From: Phyllosticta citribraziliensis
Lineage: Eukaryota
NCBI RefSeq assembly: GCF_038025025.1
Contig: NW_027117356.1
Location: forward strand, 1-35,376
Length of the DNA: 35,376 nt
Reading direction: 5' to 3'
This document shows, in pieces, positions 11,619 through 21,050 of the stretch. The position numbers and the translations under genes were made by a program. Position 1 is the first letter of the stretch. Every line of letters starts with the position of its first letter. The notes under the pieces are model-generated. The model was not told the DNA's origin. It did no database searches and saw nothing but the letters and a program-made list of their open reading frames with translations.

Positions 11619-12296
11619 TTAGTCTGATTCGCCTCGGGCTATGCCTTTGCTGCTAGCCCAAGACTTCTCGTCTTCTTCCCTGAGCATTTCCCACTCATTG
11701 TATTTGACGTCTCGACAGAATTGATCCAAACCAAATTCGTGCCATGGCCCAAAATCATCGCATTGGTCCACTTCGTCTACATTGCACGGTCCGAGCTCGT
11801 CGCATACGCCACAGTTTGGATGACAGCGTCCGTTTCGCTTGCAGTACGCACACTTTTGGCATCTTTGGCAGAACGCTCCCTCCGTGGTCGTAGAACCGCA
11901 GCAAAAAATCCACTCATCTCCATATGTGCACATTTCAGCCATGTCTTCGGGAGAGTATGCCCCGGTCTTCATACCACAGTCGACACAGAACTGTAAGCGT
12001 GTTTTCATAGGTGCATCCCTCCTCAGGAAAAGGACAACTTTGCTCTGAAATTCCCAAGCTGGTTTCATTTGGAAGCATATGATGCAGCCGTACATGGGCG
12101 GCTTTTCACGATTCTTAGGTAGGCCCCCAAGAGAAACCAGAAATTCGATTCTCTCCTCTTTCATGAGGTCGGCGATGCGGTGGAAGTAGTGGTTCGTGGC
12201 CGCGAGAAAAATGGAAGAGCGCTCGTCGAGGTATCCGATGATCATGTTGTGCAGTTCGGGAGGCAGCCGATCGAAATGGCCATTTTTGGCCGCCAT
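11619..12296 (-). CDS. F-box/Cys-rich protein, paralog 5 (225 aa)
   Basis: MAAKNGHFDRLPPELHNMIIGYLDERSSIFLAATNHYFHR, then CIIC..CVDC, an extra Cys cluster CC..CQRCQKCAYC..CHPNCGVC, and an acidic tail. Confidence 0.88.
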   Translation of the reverse strand: MAAKNGHFDRLPPELHNMIIGYLDERSSIFLAATNHYFHRIADLMKEERIEFLVSLGGLPKNREKPPMYGCIICFQMKPAWEFQSKVVLFLRRDAPMKTRLQFCVDCGMKTGAYSPEDMAEMCTYGDEWIFCCGSTTTEGAFCQRCQKCAYCKRNGRCHPNCGVCDELGPCNVDEVDQCDDFGPWHEFGLDQFCRDVKYNEWEMLREEDEKSWASSKGIARGESD

Positions 12297-12489
12297 GGCC
12301 AAGAGACTGCAAAGCCAGATGTTGCAGTCTCGCGTTCGCAGTGTGGAACTCTTATGAGTGTTCGCAGTTGTTCGTGTGAAGTGTCCACTGTTGGCAAGTG
12401 TCGAAGGAAGGCTCCGAGCGAGATGTAGTATGTTGCGGGAGCTCGCGGATTTTTATGTAGAAGCCGCATTGACACGGCCGGATTGAGAA

Positions 12490-12570
12490 TCATCAAGAGG
12501 GTTGACCAAAAGTTTGGCAGACGTGGCTTGGCTAGTTTCTCGAGTATCCAAATGGTCGGGAGCCAATCGC
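12490..12570 (-). promoter_or_regulatory. Conserved upstream block of paralog 5 (contains CCAAT on the + strand)
   Basis: 12539-12570 CTCGAGTATCCAAATGGTCGGGAGCCAATCGC matches 14271-14302 at 29/32 positions. Confidence 0.55.
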
Positions 12571-13133
12571 AGGCGTGAGAACGGGGATCCAGGAGCGAAA
12601 CCTTAAGTGGCCAGGGCGCTGGACCGGGCAACGCAGGTGAACACATGGGTCATTGGAAGATGCAGCGGGCGATGAAGCGTTAAAGTGCTTCAAGGGTAGG
12701 GAGTTCCCAGTCAAATCAAGGTTGCGGATGCTCTATTGTCGAGAGGGACAGCCACAGTGTCCAAGTGGCGATGATTCATCTTCGGATTCAAAGGTCTAGA
12801 GCAAAATTCAGCGAAAGAGTGCGATTGTTTCACCAGCCGCGCAAGTTGTAAAGTCAAAGCGTGGCAAGATCTTTGATAGTCGAGGCTTTAAAAGTAACTA
12901 CGCCACGTGTACATCACCAGTCATTCGCTCCCTTATTTGCAAGCAGTGCGTGAATTCTGAACAATCTTTCCTTTCTTAGGCGCTTGACTCCGAAAGAATG
13001 GCCTGGGCCTGCGGAAAGTGGCAAGATAATCATCCGCGGTGTTGTGGACGAGAAGGATCGTTGAGGAAGGAGTAGACAGCGGTTTGAAAGGCGAGATCCT
13101 CGCTGGAACAAGGGCAAGCAAATTGAACGGTCC

Positions 13134-14045
13134 TCAAAAAAGCGATGACATGTCGCTGTCGTAGCCATGGTCAACCGATCTCCTGAAACGTTCCTGGTCT
13201 TCGTGATCGTCCCACGTCAAGACCGGAGCCTCAGAAGTTTCGGCTCTTCTGGAAGGGCCTTCCGCATTTCTGGCACGTAGAGAACGAGGGTCCGGGTATT
13301 TGTCGCATTTACAGCACATTTGCCCCCATGTCCCCCTTTGGCGAACACCCCATTTTCCACAGAACTCGCAGAGAGAGCAAACCTCACATCGTGGCCCACG
13401 TTGTAGTGGTTTGCAGCGGCACCGCCACCAATAGAAATCTTGCCGTTTTCCGTCCATGCCTCTTATCTTGACTTGGGCCCCTGGCGGGTATTTTTCTCCT
13501 TTCAGGGCGCATTCGATGCAGAGACGTAGGTGTGCTTCGGAATGGCCCTTGGAGCGCTTCTTCATGACGTACGTCTCCCCGAATTCAGGACAATCCTTCA
13601 ATCGAAGGCACGAGGAGCAGGCGTATCTGTAAGCATTTTCCTTACGTTTCTCGAGATAGAGGAGGAATTCAAGCTTCTCGGTGTCTGTAGGTGGCGACGA
13701 AACTTTGACGACTCGTCGGAAATGTCGGTTCGTCCTAGCCAGGAGGACAGCGGACAGGTAGTCCAGATTTTCGAAGATTTGGTTCTGGAGTTCGCCAGGC
13801 AGCTTGCTGAAGAGATCTTCCCCTCCATTCCCGTCTAAGCTTTGAAGAGCATTGGCGGGGACGTTTCTCAAGTGGAATTCGGTCGGTGATTGGGTCGGTG
13901 AATAACTTGAAAAAGTGAGTACCGTTCTCGGTACTGAAATCGCAAGTGACCTGGTTTGGGCTGGCGGAATAATCTTGCTAGGCTCGATTCTCGAGTGGGA
14001 TTGTGGCCTTGGAGGGTATATATGATTTCTCCTTGCTAGAGACAT
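13134..14045 (-). CDS. F-box/Cys-rich protein, paralog 6 (303 aa)
   Basis: N-terminal extension, then LFSKLPGELQNQIFENLDYLSAVLLARTNRHFRR, CSSC..CIEC, and CRC..CEVCSLCEFC..CCKC. Confidence 0.9.
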   Translation of the reverse strand: MSLARRNHIYPPRPQSHSRIEPSKIIPPAQTRSLAISVPRTVLTFSSYSPTQSPTEFHLRNVPANALQSLDGNGGEDLFSKLPGELQNQIFENLDYLSAVLLARTNRHFRRVVKVSSPPTDTEKLEFLLYLEKRKENAYRYACSSCLRLKDCPEFGETYVMKKRSKGHSEAHLRLCIECALKGEKYPPGAQVKIRGMDGKRQDFYWWRCRCKPLQRGPRCEVCSLCEFCGKWGVRQRGTWGQMCCKCDKYPDPRSLRARNAEGPSRRAETSEAPVLTWDDHEDQERFRRSVDHGYDSDMSSLF

Positions 14046-14134
14046 GTTTCTTCAAGGAATATCGATAGGAAAGAGTGGTTAATCGCGTTGGGTGTAACGT
14101 ATTTGCAGGTTGGAAGAATGAAGTAAAATCAGCA

Positions 14135-14302
14135 GCGTAGGCAGCGGAGAACTTAAGCCACACAAGTACAAGTCACCAGTTGGGCTTTTGGGCAGTGATG
14201 CATCCAGGGCGCTGATAAACCAAGAAGGTTGACGTCCACATAGAGTTCGAAGACGAGATTGGGCGAGGTGCTCGAGTAACCAAATGGACGGAAGCCAATC
14301 GC
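14135..14302 (-). promoter_or_regulatory. Conserved upstream block of paralog 6
   Basis: Shares segments with 12490-12570 and, inverted, with 5533-5790. Confidence 0.55.
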
Positions 14303-14947
14303 GACAACCGGAACTGCAAACGACCAGCGGAACTTCAACCTTCTGATCGCTTGCACGCACGAGGTGGTAAGCGATTCGACACGCACCCTCGCGATGTCTC
14401 ACCTGCACGTCTTGTCTTGTCCGCGGTGAATCGTGCGGTCTGAGACCGCTCTTGTATGGTCCAGGCTTCCCCAACCTCGCGCATTTGCTCGCTTTGTTAG
14501 TTGACCACGAATTACAAATTGTGAGAAGAATCAGTATCAGTGCAATTCCGATGCCGTCTCCGACCGATGAAGGGTGGACGTCGCCCCGAGAAAACATGCA
14601 TGACTGAAGAAACAAGAACAGGAAATAGAAACAAGATCTGTCGGAAGGAAAGCGCCAACGAAATCCAGTCCAGCATCAAAGTACACGTAGCAATGAACAA
14701 CGCCCGCGAAAGGCCTGCCTTTGCTGGCTTCGGGGCCAATCCAACATCCCAAGCCACTGTGGTGTTGTCATTTCGTTTTCTCGCCTCCCTCCAGCATGCT
14801 GTTCAAGGTCATGAGGGAGGCCCTCTGCCCTGCCACAAAGCATTTCACGCCGCTCATCGCGAAGTCGTAGTCGTGTGCAACCCGTCGTCAATCTGGTCAG
14901 CAGAAAGTCATGTTGTCGAACTGAGAGACGTTGATGGGCGGTGGTGT

Positions 14948-15667
14948 TTACGCAGGGATGATCTGATAATCATCGAAGTCCGAGGGAGGAGGCGGTGCAG
15001 GCGGTGGGCAAGACAGCGAGAACCCGCGCCGTTTGCAGTACTCTTTAGACCAGTCAATCGCGGAGCCTGGTTCGTAAGGCACAGCGAACTTGACGCCATC
15101 TACGCATAGCGCCGTTAGCCAGACATTCATTCTCTTCAAGAGCACAGTCCATCCACATCAAATCTCATAGCAGCAGCATCATCCCGCCACAAACTTACCA
15201 ATCACAACCCCATCCACAAAATACGCCCTCACACTATTGCCCCCCGTGTAAATCCTCCGCGCCACCCCACAGCGAATGCAAAACCGCCGCGCCGCCTCCG
15301 CGCCGCCGTGGTCGCGCTTCTTGAACGTCTGCGCGCACCCGAAGCCTTCGAGCGGCAGCAGCCGCACGCACAGCGTGCAGCCGTACATGTTCCCGCGCTC
15401 GACAGACAGCAGCAGCGCCACTCTGTCTTTTTGCGAGACGCTGATGATGTGCTGGTAGTAGTGGTTTGTGGCGCCGAGGTGCATGCGGGAGCAAGTGGTG
15501 AGGTGGCTGATGATGAGGTTTTGTAGTTCGCCGGGGAGGGCGCCGATGAGGCCGTTGGGGTTGGCGTTGGCGTTGTTATGCGGTGGTGTTGAGGTGATGT
15601 TGGCTTTGCTGTTCTTGACGCCGTCTGCCGGTTTGGCTCTCTTGCGACTGCGTTTGCCGCGTGCCAT
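14948..15667 (-). CDS. F-box/zinc-finger protein, paralog 7 (two exons, ~206 aa)
   Basis: Basic NLS-like start MARGKRSRKRAK, then NGLIGALPGELQNLIISHL..LGATNHYY and CTLC..CIRC. The intron at 15100-15198 (GTAAGT..GCTAAC..TAG) joins in frame to DGVKFAVPY..PPPAPPPPSDFDDYQIIPA*. Confidence 0.87.
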
Positions 15668-16719
15668 TGTGCGGGGCTTAAAGGATGCTCTGTAGTTGGT
15701 CCGTCGCCGTGTACTTGCACTCGATATCCGACATCTCCAAGCTTTGATCACTTTGTTCCAATGAGCGTGGGGAGTCGAAGCCGTTTGTAGTAGTGGTTTG
15801 TCGCGGCGAGGGCCAACGCAGCCGGAGAGTCGAGGTGCGCGAGAATCCGAGAGAAGAGCTCCCACAGCAGCGCGCCTCAAGCGCCGTTCTTGTCGCCGAG
15901 CACGGCGAAGCGGTTGCAGTCGTAGCCGAAAACACGAACTATATCCTCCGGCGCTGGCAGGCTGTGCGAAAAGGGACGGGCTTTGAAGGCGTCATGGAAC
16001 AAAGGTAGGTGGAACGGGGAGATAAAGTCTTGTCGCCGTCTCTGAAGTCACCTCACCGTAGCAACGGGCGCACGAGTTGCCAGGAGATGTCGAGTAGCTC
16101 GGCATTCACCCAAGCATGGAAAGGCCGTGCGACTTCTGCGTGTATCGATGGATGATGAATGATGGATGCTCTAGAGACAACTGGGTGAATGTTAGCAGAG
16201 TGTCGTGCCGCACCGTACGCAAAAAGTGCAGGAGAAGCACGGATGGCTGGACGTGATGGACGACATACTTACCACACGCTTTTCTGACTCTCCTCACCAC
16301 CACACTTGCACACTGCACGGCCCCAGCAGTGCAACAAGACCAACCATCTCCCATCTCCCACCAATCCCCAATCCCCTATCACCAGTCCCTCAAAGACAAA
16401 AACGACAACAAGAGAGCGCAAAATTTGTGATAAAGGATGGGCAGGCATATGAAACCCCCACCCATCCAAATTTCGATTTTTTCCATTCTATAACATTTTT
16501 TTCCCGATTTTCCCGTCCCCGACATCTTCTTTTGTACTTTTTGCAAAAAACACGTTGTTCCATCCATCCAACGCCGCCAAACCGCCAGAAGGAGATAAAG
16601 AGATGAAGAGATGAGAGTTAAGGAGACAGTGAAATATGAAATAGGAAAGGAAACACCAGCAAGTCCATCTCTTCGTCCCTCGTCCTTTCCCACATCTCAT
16701 CTTTTCCAATTTGCGTGAA

Positions 16720-16846
16720 TTCTTTTTCTTTTTGTCTTTTTCTTTTTGTCTTTTTCTTTGTGGTTTGCGATTGCGGTCGTGGATGGGTAGACGGGCAAGC
16801 AAGCCCAACGACCGACCGACCAATCAATCAATCAATCAATCAATAA
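16720..16846. repeat. Low-complexity T-rich tract and (ACCG)n/(CAAT)6 microsatellite
   Basis: TTTTTC/TTTTTGTC repeats at ~16720-16760 and CAAT x6 at 16821-16844. Confidence 0.8.
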
Positions 16847-18017
16847 ACCGATGGTGGTGCGATCGATTATTGCGGTGCCCCTTTTCGCCGTGCCGCCGCG
16901 TTGCGTTGCGTCGCGTCCGAATACGCTGTCGACTGGCGTCTGCGCTGCCGAGCGGACAAGACAAGACAAGAGGAGAAGCAGCCGTGAGCGTGCGGAGACA
17001 GACGGTCGTGCGGTCGATGATCGCTTGCGCCGTTTGCAGCTCTCGTCCGCCAGCCGGCAGAGACAAGGTGGAAAGGTGGAAAAGGAAAGGGGACAAAGCA
17101 AAGACGGTAACAGGGGGAGTAAATAAAAGATGAATGCCGCGCTGATTCCTTCAGCCGGCGGCAAGATGGATCGAGCTGTTGCAACAGTAGTGAAAAGGTT
17201 GGTGAAGGAAAAGACATGATGACTTGCTCCGTCGTGGCTCGACCTCGAACTGAGACCGAGACCGACGTGGTTCTCGTCAGTCGTGGACATTTCGGGTTGG
17301 AAAACGATGCGAGCCTTGAGCTTCCTGACACCTGTCGCGTGGTCTCAAGGACAAAAATGAGAAAAAGTCCGTTCGTCTTGCAGTCGGGCAGCATCCCAAA
17401 CAGGGAACAGTCAGAGTCTCGTCGTGGAAAATCCCAGTCAGTGCACACTCATGTGTGGAGTCTCCATCCGTTCTCCCACCTCGTCTCATTCCCGGCGGAT
17501 CCAAAAGCGGGCAGGCAAAGCAGGAGAGTCGGCACGAATGCTCCTCAGCTGCTCTCCTCCCGTGCAAAATCGGTTTCGTGACAACAACAGCGGCGACAGC
17601 CGTGACAACAAACAAGACCGACGACCGCATCCGCCCATCCACGGTCATCGCTTGAGAGAGACCACAGAGATATAAAGGCGTCCAGGTGCAATGTCCAGAC
17701 TTCTGTGGTCTCCCTCCGTCCAATCGTGGCAAAGGTCGTCCAGAACAGGGCGACGCGAGTCTGTACGCCTTGCTTTTTTCATACAACAGCCGTGATTCTT
17801 TTTCCTTCCTTTCAAATCGAAATCGTTTCAAACTTCCATCGGCTCGAGCTCCCTTGGAACAAATCTGTCGGCGAGACGGGCTCGTATCTCTCTCTTGGTT
17901 TTGAATGGCTTAATGAGGCCTTCATGCGAAGGCGGAACAACAAAAAAAGGAAAACGTCGAGCGTCCATGTCCCTGGTCAGGTGGACTGAACGATCGTGTC
18001 AAACATGCGTCAATGTC

Positions 18018-21000
18018 CTACAAGTAGAACATGGAGTCCTTCAGCCTGTCGTGGACGCCGCCACGCCAGTGCCTCCTCGGATCGTACTGCATGTTCGTGT
18101 TTTCCTTGAGGAAGGAATGCAGGTAAGAGCGACCGCGTTCGCAAACCAAGTCGGCGTAGTACGCCGGCGGGCAAACGGAGACGGCTCTGGTTGCGCGGCC
18201 GTACACGTAACACAGGTTGTGCGTGATGCGCTGAAGCTGGTCCGCTCCCAGCTTGTTTTCATCGCGCAGGCAAATGTAGTGCGCAGGGCGCGACGTACCC
18301 TGCAGACCGGCGTGGGCGACGAGGAAGAAGTCGAACAGGCGCTCGCCAGTGATGCCGCGGTCGACAACGGTACCGGGCCTGACGTTCATGGCGCGACCTT
18401 CTGCGTCTTCAGGCTTCGCGGGGTAGAAGCGCGTGTGTCCGCGCTTGGTGCAGATGATCAAGCTGGACTTGGGGTAGTTCTTCTCGGCGCCGTAAAGCTG
18501 CTTGTATGCCTCGACAAAGCTGGGCCATTCCTCGCGAAGGACAACAGGGAATTGCCCCTCGGAGACACCATCACGGTAGATGATGACCTTGTTGGGCAGT
18601 GTATTGTTGTTGCGCGCGCGCCACAGCTTGAAGCGCTCCATGATCATTTCTGTGAGGTCGCTTCTGTCGACCATCTCCTGGCGAGCCGTCTGCGTGCGAA
18701 TCGACGCCGGGTAGTTGTTGAAGTTTGCGTCGACTGATCCGACGACACCAGTGATGGAAGGACCACCGGTGGCGCTGCCGGGCGGCGGGTGCGAAACGTC
18801 AATGCCGATGAGGATTGTCTTGTTGTCCAGAGGAGCAAGCTGCTGGATCCGCATGTCGTGGTTGACACCACCGCACTTCAGGTTGAACTTCAGGCCCACG
18901 TTGGCCATGTATTGCGGTTGGCCCTTGGGATTCATAATCTTTCTGCTGATGCTGCAGACAGTGCCGATACCGTACTTGACATCCCCCATGAATTTGATCG
19001 TGTCGTAAAGCATGGTGTTGTCCGAAGGCAGCAGGACAAGCAGCATACCGATGCGGTTTTGCACCATCTGCTTCATTTTCGACTCAACAAGTTCCGTAAT
19101 CTCCGACTGATTATACGGAAAACTGATCTGGATCTTTGCTGGAGGGGTCGGGTTGCCCATGCGAACGCCGTACGATTTGAGAGCGTCCCCGAACGTCTTG
19201 ACCAAGTTCAACGCCTGGTCCTGACTCTGGAATGTTGACCGGTTCTTTTCCTCGACGACAAGGCATCCCCAAGTCGGAATTGTCGCGGGCTTTGAGTACT
19301 GAACTCTCGCAAGGTTCCACTTGCCATCATTCGGCACCTGTGTCTTGCCTGCATACTGCAACTGAGGTACGGGCAGGATGCGGGCCTGGACGGTGAGCAT
19401 GCTACCGCCGATTTGGACGCCAAAGGCACCGAGCGTGGGGTTGTTCCCACGCACTTGCATCACATCAAGGCCAGACTGTGTGATGCTGTTGGCATTGGCG
19501 TTGGGAGGACGAGCCGCAAACTCAATCATGAGACGAGTCTGGTTGCTCGTGAGCATCCTGCCTGCAACTTGACCGGGCAGGACACTGCAAAGCTCTGCCG
19601 GGATCCACGTCGGATGGTCTCTGGTGCCAACGTTGACGACAGGTGCAGTTGGAGTCTTAAGCGTGATGGAGTATGTCTTGGCAAAGTACTCTGCGACAGA
19701 GATCGGCGTCGGCTTGCCATTGCTGGAGCTGCCACTACTGCTGCCGTTGGGGTCGTCGAACAGAAACTTGACCTGTTGCGCAGAAGCGCCGTGGCCCCAG
19801 GTCATGAGAGGATCGTTGTTGGCGCGGGCAAGACCGCAAAGGGTCTTGACTTTCCTGATGCGGCGGCCACTTCCATCTCTGGCCGTCATGTAATTGGTTT
19901 CAACACGCAGCAACCTGATGAAAGAGTCCAAGCGCATCATGTGCTGGGGACTGCGGTTGGTAGGGCCGAGGTAGTCCTGCATGAGCTCAAGCAAACTTCC
20001 GGCTTTGTAGAACGCGGCCGTCGAGACGTTGATGTTGACCAAAAGACGGCTGATGCTGGTCCTAGCACTGGCAAAGTATCCGCGGAGAGCCTGAAGACCT
20101 TCGCTCAAGTTGTGTCGCTCGGCATGTCGGTTTCCGTTGATAGGAAAGTACTTGTTCTGTCCAACAGCTGCCATATCGTGCGCAGTTTGGGGAGCCTTGG
20201 ACAAGATGATGTTGAGGGCCTGGATGGCTTCCTCCTTCAGGGGATATTGAACTCCCATGTTGTCGGACTTGAGGGAGTTCAACAGCTCCGGCAGAGAGAC
20301 AGTTCCCAGCTCCTCGACAAGGACTGTCTTGGTGTTCTTCATCCGAGCCCTTTCGCGCGCTTCCGACTCTTCTTGTCCTTCCACCCTGTCGGGAATCGGC
20401 TCGCCATCCGCAGGATACCATTGTACTTGAAAAGCGCGGCGGTTGTGGGGGCCCTCTGCAAGCGTGACCTTCTTGTTCGTAATCACAATCTGCGAGTAAT
20501 CGGTCGCACAAATGGCGCTACTCCAGACCGGGTCGTCGAGAAGAATTTCCAGGATTCGCCTCTTCTTTCTCTTCTGTTGCTCTTCGGGCTGGATCGAGAC
20601 GGCGTATCGGTAGATGTCCGGAGCGTTTTTGAGCGAAAGGGGAAAGTAGTTGGTGTAAACTGTGGTTTCCCTACCCATGGTACCGTAGTCCGGTCTCCTG
20701 GCCAACTGGTCCTCAAGACCCAAGGAGGACACCGCACCAACCAAGCTCTTGACAACTTGGTTCTCCGTTTTGGTCACGATTGGGTCCGGCTGGGGAATCT
20801 GCGACGGGTTGCCAAAGATGGCCGCAGGGGTGGATTGAGCTCTGGGTCCATGGGGACCGCCGCGATGCGGAGAGGTTCCACGAGAGGACGAGCCCCTGCC
20901 AGTGGAGCCGCTTGAAGAATCGCCAAAGGGCCTGCGTCCCCTGAACGAGCCACCACGACTGCCAGAGCCCGATCCCGAGCTGCTGTCGCCGCGACCACCT

Positions 21001-21050
21001 CCGCCACCTCTTCCGCGTCCACCACCACGACCGCCCCTTGGTGCAGACAT
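18018..21050 (-). CDS. qde-2: Argonaute, QDE-2-like (1010 aa, single uninterrupted ORF)
   Basis: RGG-rich N-terminus; N domain (RPDYGTMGR..YTNYF); L1 (GLQALRGYFASAR..LLVNIN); PAZ (ISVAEYF..WIPAELC); MID (QYMANVGLKFNLKCGGVNH); PIWI (GIDVSHP, RQEMV, YRDGVSEGQF, HTRFYP, QGTSRPAHY, PPAYYADLVCER) ending in SMFYL. Confidence 0.97.
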   Translation of the reverse strand: MSAPRGGRGGGRGRGGGGGRGDSSSGSGSGSRGGSFRGRRPFGDSSSGSTGRGSSSRGTSPHRGGPHGPRAQSTPAAIFGNPSQIPQPDPIVTKTENQVVKSLVGAVSSLGLEDQLARRPDYGTMGRETTVYTNYFPLSLKNAPDIYRYAVSIQPEEQQKRKKRRILEILLDDPVWSSAICATDYSQIVITNKKVTLAEGPHNRRAFQVQWYPADGEPIPDRVEGQEESEARERARMKNTKTVLVEELGTVSLPELLNSLKSDNMGVQYPLKEEAIQALNIILSKAPQTAHDMAAVGQNKYFPINGNRHAERHNLSEGLQALRGYFASARTSISRLLVNINVSTAAFYKAGSLLELMQDYLGPTNRSPQHMMRLDSFIRLLRVETNYMTARDGSGRRIRKVKTLCGLARANNDPLMTWGHGASAQQVKFLFDDPNGSSSGSSSNGKPTPISVAEYFAKTYSITLKTPTAPVVNVGTRDHPTWIPAELCSVLPGQVAGRMLTSNQTRLMIEFAARPPNANANSITQSGLDVMQVRGNNPTLGAFGVQIGGSMLTVQARILPVPQLQYAGKTQVPNDGKWNLARVQYSKPATIPTWGCLVVEEKNRSTFQSQDQALNLVKTFGDALKSYGVRMGNPTPPAKIQISFPYNQSEITELVESKMKQMVQNRIGMLLVLLPSDNTMLYDTIKFMGDVKYGIGTVCSISRKIMNPKGQPQYMANVGLKFNLKCGGVNHDMRIQQLAPLDNKTILIGIDVSHPPPGSATGGPSITGVVGSVDANFNNYPASIRTQTARQEMVDRSDLTEMIMERFKLWRARNNNTLPNKVIIYRDGVSEGQFPVVLREEWPSFVEAYKQLYGAEKNYPKSSLIICTKRGHTRFYPAKPEDAEGRAMNVRPGTVVDRGITGERLFDFFLVAHAGLQGTSRPAHYICLRDENKLGADQLQRITHNLCYVYGRATRAVSVCPPAYYADLVCERGRSYLHSFLKENTNMQYDPRRHWRGGVHDRLKDSMFYL

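Noticed and set aside
19413..20915. 500-aa plus-strand ORF (and 17895..18737)
   Set aside because: Antisense shadow of the Argonaute CDS caused by codon bias; no domain recognised.
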